Shown piece by piece: positions 27,371 through 35,312 of a stretch of 64,000 bases of DNA; position 1 is the stretch's first letter; each line of letters begins with the position of its first letter. Source of the DNA: Parcubacteria group bacterium CG10_big_fil_rev_8_21_14_0_10_36_14 (GTDB lineage: Bacteria > Patescibacteriota > Patescibacteriia > GCA-002772895); NCBI GenBank assembly GCA_002772895.1, contig PFCS01000050.1, positions 6,728-70,727 on the forward strand, given 5' to 3'. A program made the position numbers and the translations under genes. Below the pieces are notes generated by a model that was not told where the DNA came from, did no database searches, and saw nothing but the letters and a program-made list of their open reading frames with translations.

Positions 27371-28747
27371 TTAATGTTTGCTTATTGACAATGGTTTTTT
27401 CCTAAAAATTATAAAAAATCTATTTATCATTTCCATAATTATTACTTTATCCGTTTCGTCAACTGAAAAAAACGATTTCCATCCTATAGTTTTCAGTCCG
27501 TATTTTTTTCTTAGATATATTTCCCGTATTATTGAAACAATAAATATTGTTATAATTGCTTCTATTATTGTACCAATAATACCAAATCGTAACATAAGAA
27601 CGGGTGACAAAATAAAAGTTAACAAGAAAGATATCACCGCACATAAAAACATAAATTTTTGTTCACGATAAGCAAATAAAATAGGCGTTTGCGATATTGA
27701 AAAAGCATTAAATAAAAGACGTAAAACCAAAAGATTAAAAAGCGGTATTGCAATAATATATTTTGGAAAAACATACGGTATAAGAGGAGAGATGACAACA
27801 TAGGAGCTAATTATCATCAAAATATACAAAACTAAAGAATATTTTGTAGCCTTTTGCAATATTTTTTTTAAAACGACTACATCGTGCAACTTTCTGGCAA
27901 TAATCGGAAAGATTACTGTCCCAAGCGGAATAAGCGAGGCGAGAACTGAATATAAATTTTGCGCAAGTGCCAGATAGCCGACCGCCTCGGTAGAAATTAT
28001 AACTTTTACCAACCAAAATTTTATTGTATTTGTAGAACTGGAAATAACGTTATTTGCAATCTGCCATTTACCATGAGCTCTAAAAATTTCATATATAAAC
28101 CTCATTTTTTCCATTGGAATATCTCTAAATAACAATAAAGTTTTCTTAAATTGTGGCAAACTAATAATTGCGGCAAAAAAGGTCCCAAAAATATAACAAA
28201 GAATCAGTGTAATAATATTTAATTTTCCAAACAATAAAAAAATGATAATAAAAATAAATTTTACAACAACTTCCGATATATTAGTTATTGATAAAAGCTT
28301 GAATCTTTCATTAATTTGTATAAGTAGAGAAGATATACCGCGCATATATTGCGCCAATGTCAATAACACCACCAGCCAAAAATATTGTTCGGCTATCATG
28401 CTATAATCCGATTTTAAATACGCCTTAATGATAAATAATACCAATAGCATTATAAAAAGTAGCCCTGCCCTTAATATCCAAAAATTATAAAGCAAACTTT
28501 TTGCTCTTGAGAGATTATTTTCGCCAAAATTTCTGGAAACATCAGATAAGACAAGGCTATCTATACCCATATTTGACCAAGCACCCAAAAGCCCGGCCAA
28601 AGACATAATTAGCGTAAAAATTCCATAGTCATGAACACTTACAACCCTTACGACAATAAGGATGGTAAAAAAAGAAAAAATGCGCATCAAAACATTTGCC
28701 GCACTAAGCACCATTGTTCCGGATATTATTTTTTCTCTAATGTCCAT
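27371..28747 (-). CDS. Polysaccharide/oligosaccharide flippase (Wzx-like, MOP superfamily).
   Basis: 458 aa and about 12 TM helices. N-terminus SGTMVLSAANVLMRIFSFFTILIVVRVVSVHDYGIFTLIMSL is typical of Polysacc_synt (PF01943) proteins. Confidence 0.75.
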   Translation of the reverse strand: MDIREKIISGTMVLSAANVLMRIFSFFTILIVVRVVSVHDYGIFTLIMSLAGLLGAWSNMGIDSLVLSDVSRNFGENNLSRAKSLLYNFWILRAGLLFIMLLVLFIIKAYLKSDYSMIAEQYFWLVVLLTLAQYMRGISSLLIQINERFKLLSITNISEVVVKFIFIIIFLLFGKLNIITLILCYIFGTFFAAIISLPQFKKTLLLFRDIPMEKMRFIYEIFRAHGKWQIANNVISSSTNTIKFWLVKVIISTEAVGYLALAQNLYSVLASLIPLGTVIFPIIARKLHDVVVLKKILQKATKYSLVLYILMIISSYVVISPLIPYVFPKYIIAIPLFNLLVLRLLFNAFSISQTPILFAYREQKFMFLCAVISFLLTFILSPVLMLRFGIIGTIIEAIITIFIVSIIREIYLRKKYGLKTIGWKSFFSVDETDKVIIMEMINRFFIIFRKKPLSISKH

Positions 28748-29636
28748 AAATCTTCTTTTTTATTTGCTTGAATAAATCAATTAATTTTCTTTGTTTAATG
28801 TAAAAATATACTTGACGATAACTGCCCGGTTCCCAAAAAGCGTCTTCTCCAACATCTGGATAGTTCGCATCCTGTGGCGCAATTAGTACTTGCAAACGGT
28901 ATCTTTTATTTTTATTTATTTTAATTATTTTAAAATTATTTTTAGATACTAAATATTTGAAAGTTTTCGGAGAATAACTAAAAGGATGCATATAATTAAA
29001 GAATGCATTAACTGGTTTTTTAAAAGATGATACATTAGGTATCTCTATATATACAACTCCTTTTTCTGATAACAGGCCTCTAAATTGCTTTAACTTTTCT
29101 AAAGGATCGACAAAATGTTCAAAAACATGATGCAATATCAAAATATTAAATTTATCTTGACTCAGCTTATAATAATCGTCAAAAAGTCCATTGAAAACAT
29201 TTATATCTAATTTTTTACTTACGACTTCTGAAAATAATTTTGAAGGATCTATTGCTTGTACTGTACATCCACCATTCTTTTTTAAATAATGTGAAATCTG
29301 CCCAGTAGTGCACCCTATATCCAAAACCGTCCTCTCCTCTCCTAAATAATCTTTTATAAATTCGTATACCGTTCTGCCTTTTTCGTTATCTTTAAAATCA
29401 AGTAACTTACTAATTTTATCTAAATATTGAAGGCCATAACAGTTTCTTTCATATTCATTATAGATATCCGCATATTCTTCCATGCTGGGTTGTGGATTTA
29501 AAAATACCAACCCGCACTTCTTGCAAATTACATTGTTAAACTTAATGGGTGATGCGCCTTTTTCTAAAATACCCCATGTGCTTATAATTTTGAAATTTCG
29601 GTCGTCACACAATGGACATCGTGATATATCATTCAT
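28737..29636 (-). CDS. Class I SAM methyltransferase with N-terminal Cys4 zinc ribbon (TylC3-like N-terminus); putative sugar C-/O-methyltransferase.
   Basis: CPLCDDRNFKII...VICKKCGLVFLNPQP (C-x2-C-x~27-C-x2-C), then motif I LDIGCTTGQISHYLKKNGG and ...HHVFEHFVDPLEKL...GVVYIEIPNV. Paralogs at 41269-42219 and 44185-45120. Confidence 0.7.
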   Translation of the reverse strand: MNDISRCPLCDDRNFKIISTWGILEKGASPIKFNNVICKKCGLVFLNPQPSMEEYADIYNEYERNCYGLQYLDKISKLLDFKDNEKGRTVYEFIKDYLGEERTVLDIGCTTGQISHYLKKNGGCTVQAIDPSKLFSEVVSKKLDINVFNGLFDDYYKLSQDKFNILILHHVFEHFVDPLEKLKQFRGLLSEKGVVYIEIPNVSSFKKPVNAFFNYMHPFSYSPKTFKYLVSKNNFKIIKINKNKRYRLQVLIAPQDANYPDVGEDAFWEPGSYRQVYFYIKQRKLIDLFKQIKKKIYGH

Positions 29637-29637
29637 T

Positions 29638-30342
29638 TTATTTTTTTTGTTGCATTAAAAATTCCGCGAACTCAAAATCAATTGGTGCGTTTATATCAAC
29701 AGAACGCTCTTCTGACATAATATAAGCACGACTGTCCTTACCAAATAAATCTCCTCGCATTATTAAATCTGTTCGCGTCAAATAAATAGCGCAATTTCTT
29801 TTATAAACGTTTTTTAATGATTGACGAGATGCGCTTTTGTTTCCTTCGTCTTCCATTAAAGGAAAAATTTTATCGCCATCTAAAACCTTCAATTTTGCAA
29901 TCGACATATCTTCCATTTTTTTCATTCCCATAACAGAATCCGCGTCCGTTTCAACTATTTTTTCTATTGACATGTCAATATCTTCTGCTGTGCGAAGTGG
30001 ACTTGTAGGCTGTAAAATCATTACATAATCAAAGGTTCTATCTTCATTTTCTTGGAGCCATTTTACAACGTGCTGAATTACAGGAATGCTTTTTGCATTG
30101 TCGGTCGCCAATTCATCAGGTCTCATAAATGGCACAAGCGCACCATATTCGCGCGAAATTCCAGCAATCTCACTATCGTCGGTTGAAACCAAAAAATAAT
30201 CCAAACATTTGCTATTTTTAGCCGCCTCTATCGTATAGGCAATAAGCGGTTTTCCCGCCAACTCTTTTATATTTTTCCGTGGTATTCCTTTAGACCCTCC
30301 ACGTGCTGTAATTACAGCTAAAATTGTCTTATTTTTGAACAT
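29638..30342 (-). CDS. neuA: Second acylneuraminate/nonulosonate cytidylyltransferase (NeuA/LegF family).
   Basis: TILAVITARGGSKGIPRKNIKELAGKPLIAYTIEAAKNSK...LVSTDDSEIAGISREYGA is the CTP_transf_3 signature. 234 aa. Confidence 0.8.
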   Translation of the reverse strand: MFKNKTILAVITARGGSKGIPRKNIKELAGKPLIAYTIEAAKNSKCLDYFLVSTDDSEIAGISREYGALVPFMRPDELATDNAKSIPVIQHVVKWLQENEDRTFDYVMILQPTSPLRTAEDIDMSIEKIVETDADSVMGMKKMEDMSIAKLKVLDGDKIFPLMEDEGNKSASRQSLKNVYKRNCAIYLTRTDLIMRGDLFGKDSRAYIMSEERSVDINAPIDFEFAEFLMQQKK

Positions 30343-30399
30343 ATTATAATAATGTAGTATTCATATGATATTCTTATAAAATACACTAATCTGACCAAT

Positions 30400-30428
30400 T
30401 TGACAAGAAATTTATATAGGTGTAAATT
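30400..30428 (+). promoter_or_regulatory. Candidate sigma70-like promoter for the second neuC-like gene (TTGACA-N17-TAAATT).
   Basis: ttgaca at 30400-30405, a 17-nt spacer, taaatt at 30423-30428, and the ATG at 30455. It lies in the 112-nt divergent intergenic region. The -10 element is weak. Confidence 0.3.
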
Positions 30429-30454
30429 TATATTATATAATAACATCAAAAATT

Positions 30455-31648
30455 ATGCAAAATAAGCGAAAAATTGCCGTTTTAATCATCAACCGAGCCA
30501 ATTATGGCCGCCTAAAACCGGTGTTAAGAGCAATTCAAGAACATCCGGACTTAGAATTGCAATTAATAGTCGGCTCATCAATGTTGCTTTACAGATTTGG
30601 AAATGACATTGATTATATTGAGCGAGACGGCTTTAAAATTTCAGCTAAATTCAACATGATTATTGAAGGTGGCACACCAACAACAATGGCCCAATCTGCC
30701 GGTTTAGGGCTTATGAATTTGCCAACTATCCTAGAACAACTTAATCCTGATATTTTTTTAGTTAATGCAGACCGATTTGAAATTCTGCCAGCCGCTATTG
30801 CCGCCGCATATATGAACATCACCTTAGCACATACTTTGGGCGGAGAAATAACCGGCACAATTGACGAATCTGTGCGCCATGCGGTTACAAAACTGGCGCA
30901 TATTCATTTCGCTGCGCATAAACCGGCGGCAGAAAGAATTGCCAGCATGGGCGAAGATCCAAATAATATATTTATAGTCGGAAACCCTTCTTTGGATATT
31001 GCAAAAACAATCTCTGAAAAAATAAATATTGAAAAGTTTATAGATATTAGTCGAGGTACAGGATCCCCAATAGATTTTTCTAAACCATATATTCTTTGCT
31101 ATCAACATCCAGTAACTACCGAATATCAAGATGCATATAAACAAATTATTACTACTCTTGAAGCGTTGAGAAATATAAATATACAAACAATCATGCTTTG
31201 GCCAAATCCTGACGCCGGTACAGATATGCTTTCAAAAGGAATTAGAGTATTTAGAGAAAAAAATCCGGAATCACTAATCCACTTTTACAGAAGCTTTGCC
31301 AATGAAGATTATTTGAGCTTAATAAAAAACGCCTCCTGCATTGTCGGTAACTCATCATCAGCAATAATGGAAGGCGGATTTTTCGGTACACCCGCAGTAA
31401 ATATCGGCACCCGTCAGCAAGGACGCGAGAAATGTATCAACGTTGTAAATACAGGATATAGTAGAGAAGAAATAGAAAACGCCATAAAAGGACAGCTGGC
31501 ATACGGAAAATATAATCCCGATTATTTTTTCGGCGACGGACAGAGCGCCAAGCGTATTGCCGAAATTCTAGCAAACCATAACGTCCAGATACAAAAACAA
31601 TTTAATAAAGAAAAGGGCTTTCACTTGATAAAAAACTATATTAATTAA
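30455..31648 (+). CDS. neuC: Second UDP-GlcNAc 2-epimerase, hydrolysing type (NeuC/LegG family).
   Basis: KIAVLIINRANYGRLKPVLRAI...DIFLVNADRFEILPAAIAAAYMNITLAHTLGGEITG...HAVTKLAHIHF is colinear with the first NeuC-like copy. 397 aa. Confidence 0.8.
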   Translation: MQNKRKIAVLIINRANYGRLKPVLRAIQEHPDLELQLIVGSSMLLYRFGNDIDYIERDGFKISAKFNMIIEGGTPTTMAQSAGLGLMNLPTILEQLNPDIFLVNADRFEILPAAIAAAYMNITLAHTLGGEITGTIDESVRHAVTKLAHIHFAAHKPAAERIASMGEDPNNIFIVGNPSLDIAKTISEKINIEKFIDISRGTGSPIDFSKPYILCYQHPVTTEYQDAYKQIITTLEALRNINIQTIMLWPNPDAGTDMLSKGIRVFREKNPESLIHFYRSFANEDYLSLIKNASCIVGNSSSAIMEGGFFGTPAVNIGTRQQGREKCINVVNTGYSREEIENAIKGQLAYGKYNPDYFFGDGQSAKRIAEILANHNVQIQKQFNKEKGFHLIKNYIN

Positions 31649-31676
31649 AACATCCTGCGATATCGCAGGATGTTTT
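31647..31676. terminator. Perfect 30-bp palindrome; bidirectional intrinsic terminator shared by convergent neuC-like (+) and 2-hydroxyacid dehydrogenase (-) genes.
   Basis: aaaacatcctgcgat|atcgcaggatgtttt. Both stop codons (TAA at 31646-31648 on +, TAA encoded at 31675-31677 on -) overlap the stem ends. A-tract upstream and T-tract downstream. Confidence 0.7.
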
Positions 31677-32625
31677 ATAATATTTTTTTCACTTTCTCAG
31701 CAATGAAAATTTCCGTATTTTTCATTGAGTCATAAGTTGCACCACCGATGTGCGGAACAATTATTAGATTATTATGCGACTTAGTATATTCAAGAAGCAA
31801 ATTACCTTTTAAAAATTCTCCACCAGCGGTTTCTTCTGCCATAACATCAAGCCCTGCTCCGGCAATTTTCTTGGCCTTTAAGGCATTTAAAAGCGCGCTT
31901 TCATTTATAATTTTTCCCCGCGAAGTGTTTACTAGATATGCGCTTTCTTTCATCATCTTAAATTCCCGTTCACCTATTAAATCAACCGTCTCTTCATCCA
32001 AAGGCACATGCACGCTAATAAAATCAGCCCGCGACAGAAGCTCTTCAAAAATTGCTGACTCTGCCGCGCCACGCTCAATTTCCTCTTGGTTAACATACGG
32101 ATCATAGGCAACAACATTCATAAAAAACGCATTTCCATATTGAGCAATAATTTTTCCTAGCCGTCCAAAACCAATTATTCCTAAAGTTTTACCACGCAGC
32201 TCTATACCCTTAAAACTATCACGGTCCCAATTTTCTTTTTTCACCGACTCATATGCATCAGGTATATGCCGGATTAAAGCCAAGAACAGTCCCCAAGACA
32301 ATTCTGCAGTAGCTGTTATTGTATTTAAAAATTCCGTCTCCCCCTTTAAGCTTGCAACTTGCACGCCATGCTTCCCTGCCTCTTTCATATCAATATGGTC
32401 CAGCCCGGTTGTCGGACAAGCAATAATTTTTAAATCTTCCGCTGCATCTAAAATCTCTTTATCAATTTTATGTTCTAAACGGATAACTAAAATATCAGCG
32501 TCTTTTACGCCTGCCAGTAATTCACCTCGCGATAATTTCTTTTCTGCAAAAACATCTCCCACCTCTTGATAAATTGCAAGCGCCTCCTTACTGTAATCGC
32601 CGGGTTCACTAATTAAAATTTTCAT
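31675..32625 (-). CDS. D-isomer-specific 2-hydroxyacid dehydrogenase (SerA/GhrB/PdxB-like, NAD-binding).
   Basis: GKTLGIIGFGRLGKIIAQYG (GxGxxG), ...ISVHVPLDEETVDLIGEREFKMMKESAYLVNTSRGKIINESALLNALK...GAGLDV is the D-2-HADH catalytic domain pattern. Confidence 0.8.
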   Translation of the reverse strand: MKILISEPGDYSKEALAIYQEVGDVFAEKKLSRGELLAGVKDADILVIRLEHKIDKEILDAAEDLKIIACPTTGLDHIDMKEAGKHGVQVASLKGETEFLNTITATAELSWGLFLALIRHIPDAYESVKKENWDRDSFKGIELRGKTLGIIGFGRLGKIIAQYGNAFFMNVVAYDPYVNQEEIERGAAESAIFEELLSRADFISVHVPLDEETVDLIGEREFKMMKESAYLVNTSRGKIINESALLNALKAKKIAGAGLDVMAEETAGGEFLKGNLLLEYTKSHNNLIIVPHIGGATYDSMKNTEIFIAEKVKKIL

Positions 32626-35312
32626 AAGTTTGTAATTTTAGACAAAACGTCAGTCGCTATATCCTGACCATTATTTTCAAAAGTATTCTTTCCAAGCTTT
32701 GGAAATCCTCCGCCAAAAAATTCTTTCTTCTGATAGACGGATATTCCCGTCTGGTTGCCGGAAATTATATTGTCATATATTTTTGGTTCAGACAAGTCTT
32801 TCACAGCAATACCCATAACGCATCCATTAAGCTTATTACTAAAAATATCCGGATTAGAGTTTTCTCCCAAACTGATGCATTTATCGCCTGAACTTTTTAC
32901 TTCATTATTCGATATTTCCACGCTGGAACCGGAAATATCAATTCCGTCATTACCGTTACCATCAAAAATGTTGTCATAGATCTTACCACTTATAAAATCG
33001 CCGTCCAAACCGTCAAATCCATTTTTATAAAAATAAGAGTCCACTATTTCTACTTTTGCATTTTTAACATTCAATCCGTCATCCCCGCCGGCATATTTAA
33101 ATTGACAATTTTTTATTGAGATATCCGAACTGTGGCTTGCCAGGGCACCGGAAAAATGAATTCCATTTACGCGAGTATCCCCGCCATATTCAAATTCAAC
33201 ATATTCAAATTCACTCTTCTCCGGCACATCCACTATGCCAAAATTTCCCCAATAATCGTTGGAGTTCGCCGATAAAAATTTAATCGGATAGTCCTTACTT
33301 CCTTTAGCAATAACTGGGCTATAAGAACCGATTGATACTCCTTTTGCCATATAAAAAATTGCACCCGGCTCTATTTTTAGATGAATCCCCTTCGGGACTA
33401 TTAGCGTTTTATTAATATAATACGTACCCGCCGAAACATATGCGTCTCCATTTCCCGTAGCTTTAAACGAAGGATTTTTAGATATAAACTCATTAAGAGA
33501 TAGGTTGATATCATCTAAATTATTAAAATTACTATTATCTATATAAATTACTTCCGAACCCACTTTTTTACCGGTTAAAGAATTATCCAGCTCCATGTCA
33601 ACCGCAAAATCATCCGAATAAAATCCGGTTCCAATGCCTGCGGTAAAAAATATTTTATGGGTTACAGGCTGTAGAATAAAGCCTGTTCTTACATATTCAT
33701 CGTCATACTTATCAGCAGGAGGAACAAGTTTGGAAGATAGCACTATTTTCTGTTCTCCAAATTTAGCTTCTCCGTCCTTGTTAACAGTGTCTTTTTCTAA
33801 AAGAATATCGGCCGAGGTTAATTTTCCATCCATATCGCTGTCATAATAAGCGCTTACCAGAAAACCAGGAACAAGCCCGCTTATTTTTATTTCTTTTATC
33901 GTCATATCCACCGCGCTGTTTACCGTTATATCAGCCTCTGCAATTTCATAGTTTAAGAATGAATTTTTGTTATAGATAACCTTTGTAAAGGCTTCCGATT
34001 TTTTAAGATATTCTTTTATGAAATTAAAATTACTTTCTATCAAGCTCCTTGTTTCCTTATAACCCTTGATAAAAGTGCTATTTGAAAAATTCTTTTTCGA
34101 ATCCTTAAAAAATTCAATGCGGACGCTGTTGTATAAATCATCTATAAACTTTAAATCATCTTTAAGATTATCTTTGTCGCTAACATAATCCCAAGCCCTT
34201 TGGTTTATTTCAGTGGCAAAATCTGGAGATTCTAAAACGCGCGTTATAAGAGGATTAAAGAAAAGATAAGGAGAACCGATTGAAGCCAGGTCATTTCCCT
34301 CTGATTGCCAAGTAAAAAATTTAAATTTTCCATTTGTATTATCATAATACAAGTTCATGTTATGTCTCCAGTCCTCATGATTTCCACCAATTAAAAGTGT
34401 GTGCAAATACCACTCCATAAAACTTTTCTTATCTACAATATTAAAAATATTGTCATGAAATTCTTCTTGGTCTGCCTGGTTTACTAAATATGTAAGGCGA
34501 GCAATTGCCACGTAATTATCCGGTCTCTCGCCCGGATCAGCAACTCTTTTATCCCAATAATAAGGATCTTCAAAAATATATTTTTCATTTATATACCTTT
34601 CCGTAAAAAAATCAGTATCTCCAGAAAGTTTGTTTGTTTCCAGAAACTCTTTGCTCCATTGATTTATCTTATAATAAACTCCATATGCCTTGCCATTTAT
34701 CCTAAGCAACACAAAATCGCTGTCCAACACCTTTAATCCAATCTTTTCCGCTCTATAGTTATTGAACGGTTCAAGTAAATCACCGCCCACAATAAGATTT
34801 ATCGCACTCGTCCCTTCAAAAATCGCAGAATCACTAAATCTTATGCGCCATGATTTTTTATCATATCTCCAATGAAAATCAGAATTGCCTCTATATCTTA
34901 CCTCAACATTATAACTCTTACCCCCATATGAAAACTTGGCATTTATATACTTTTGATTTTCCTCAACAAACATCGCACCTTCTTCGGTTGGCAACGAATC
35001 ATTTATTTTCTTCCAATCTTTCTCGTCTATTATCAAATCGTAAACAGGCAGGTCTGGTTTCTTAAAAGAATAAATCAAATACGGCGCATCTTGGATCTTG
35101 CGCACAATTTTATCGGCCCATTTTGAATAAGGTGCTGGAAGTATGCTAAAAAGATATCTTTTTTTAATGCCATAATCATAAAAAAGAGATACAAGCACAA
35201 CCAAAACAATCAGATTGGCCACAAAAAGGCACCTGAAAAATATCTTTCTAAATACAGGGCTTCTTAATTTGTTATTTAATAACTTTATATATCTTAATAT
35301 CATCTGAATCAT
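32622..35312 (-). CDS. Large membrane-anchored/secreted protein: N-terminal CotH-family (atypical kinase) domain fused to a C-terminal right-handed parallel beta-helix (pectate-lyase/NosD-like) repeat domain.
   Basis: N-terminal TM segment (FFRCLFVANLIVLVVLVSLF). CotH-like core reads FSYGGKSYNVEVRYRGNSDFHWRYDKKSWRIRFSD...INLIVGGDLLEPFNNYRAEKIGLKV...LRINGKAYGVYY. C-terminal beta-helix repeats read NGFDGLDGDFISGKIYDNIFDGNGNDGIDISGSSVEISNNEV...GISVY. Paralog at 55840-58659. Confidence 0.65.
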   Translation of the reverse strand: MIQMILRYIKLLNNKLRSPVFRKIFFRCLFVANLIVLVVLVSLFYDYGIKKRYLFSILPAPYSKWADKIVRKIQDAPYLIYSFKKPDLPVYDLIIDEKDWKKINDSLPTEEGAMFVEENQKYINAKFSYGGKSYNVEVRYRGNSDFHWRYDKKSWRIRFSDSAIFEGTSAINLIVGGDLLEPFNNYRAEKIGLKVLDSDFVLLRINGKAYGVYYKINQWSKEFLETNKLSGDTDFFTERYINEKYIFEDPYYWDKRVADPGERPDNYVAIARLTYLVNQADQEEFHDNIFNIVDKKSFMEWYLHTLLIGGNHEDWRHNMNLYYDNTNGKFKFFTWQSEGNDLASIGSPYLFFNPLITRVLESPDFATEINQRAWDYVSDKDNLKDDLKFIDDLYNSVRIEFFKDSKKNFSNSTFIKGYKETRSLIESNFNFIKEYLKKSEAFTKVIYNKNSFLNYEIAEADITVNSAVDMTIKEIKISGLVPGFLVSAYYDSDMDGKLTSADILLEKDTVNKDGEAKFGEQKIVLSSKLVPPADKYDDEYVRTGFILQPVTHKIFFTAGIGTGFYSDDFAVDMELDNSLTGKKVGSEVIYIDNSNFNNLDDINLSLNEFISKNPSFKATGNGDAYVSAGTYYINKTLIVPKGIHLKIEPGAIFYMAKGVSIGSYSPVIAKGSKDYPIKFLSANSNDYWGNFGIVDVPEKSEFEYVEFEYGGDTRVNGIHFSGALASHSSDISIKNCQFKYAGGDDGLNVKNAKVEIVDSYFYKNGFDGLDGDFISGKIYDNIFDGNGNDGIDISGSSVEISNNEVKSSGDKCISLGENSNPDIFSNKLNGCVMGIAVKDLSEPKIYDNIISGNQTGISVYQKKEFFGGGFPKLGKNTFENNGQDIATDVLSKITNL

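Noticed and set aside
32755-32979. 74-aa antisense ORF inside the CotH/beta-helix gene. Its counterpart (58143-58373, 76 aa) is antisense to the paralogous gene, and the two antisense peptides resemble each other (…DKSF.AIPI.HP…LLKI.G.EFSP.L.HLSP…EPEIS.PSLPL).
   Set aside because: The similarity is an automatic consequence of the sense-strand paralogy. The beta-helix repeats (GGx/GAT/AAT-rich codons) are simply stop-poor on the opposite strand. There is no independent evidence such as an RBS or its own conservation pattern.
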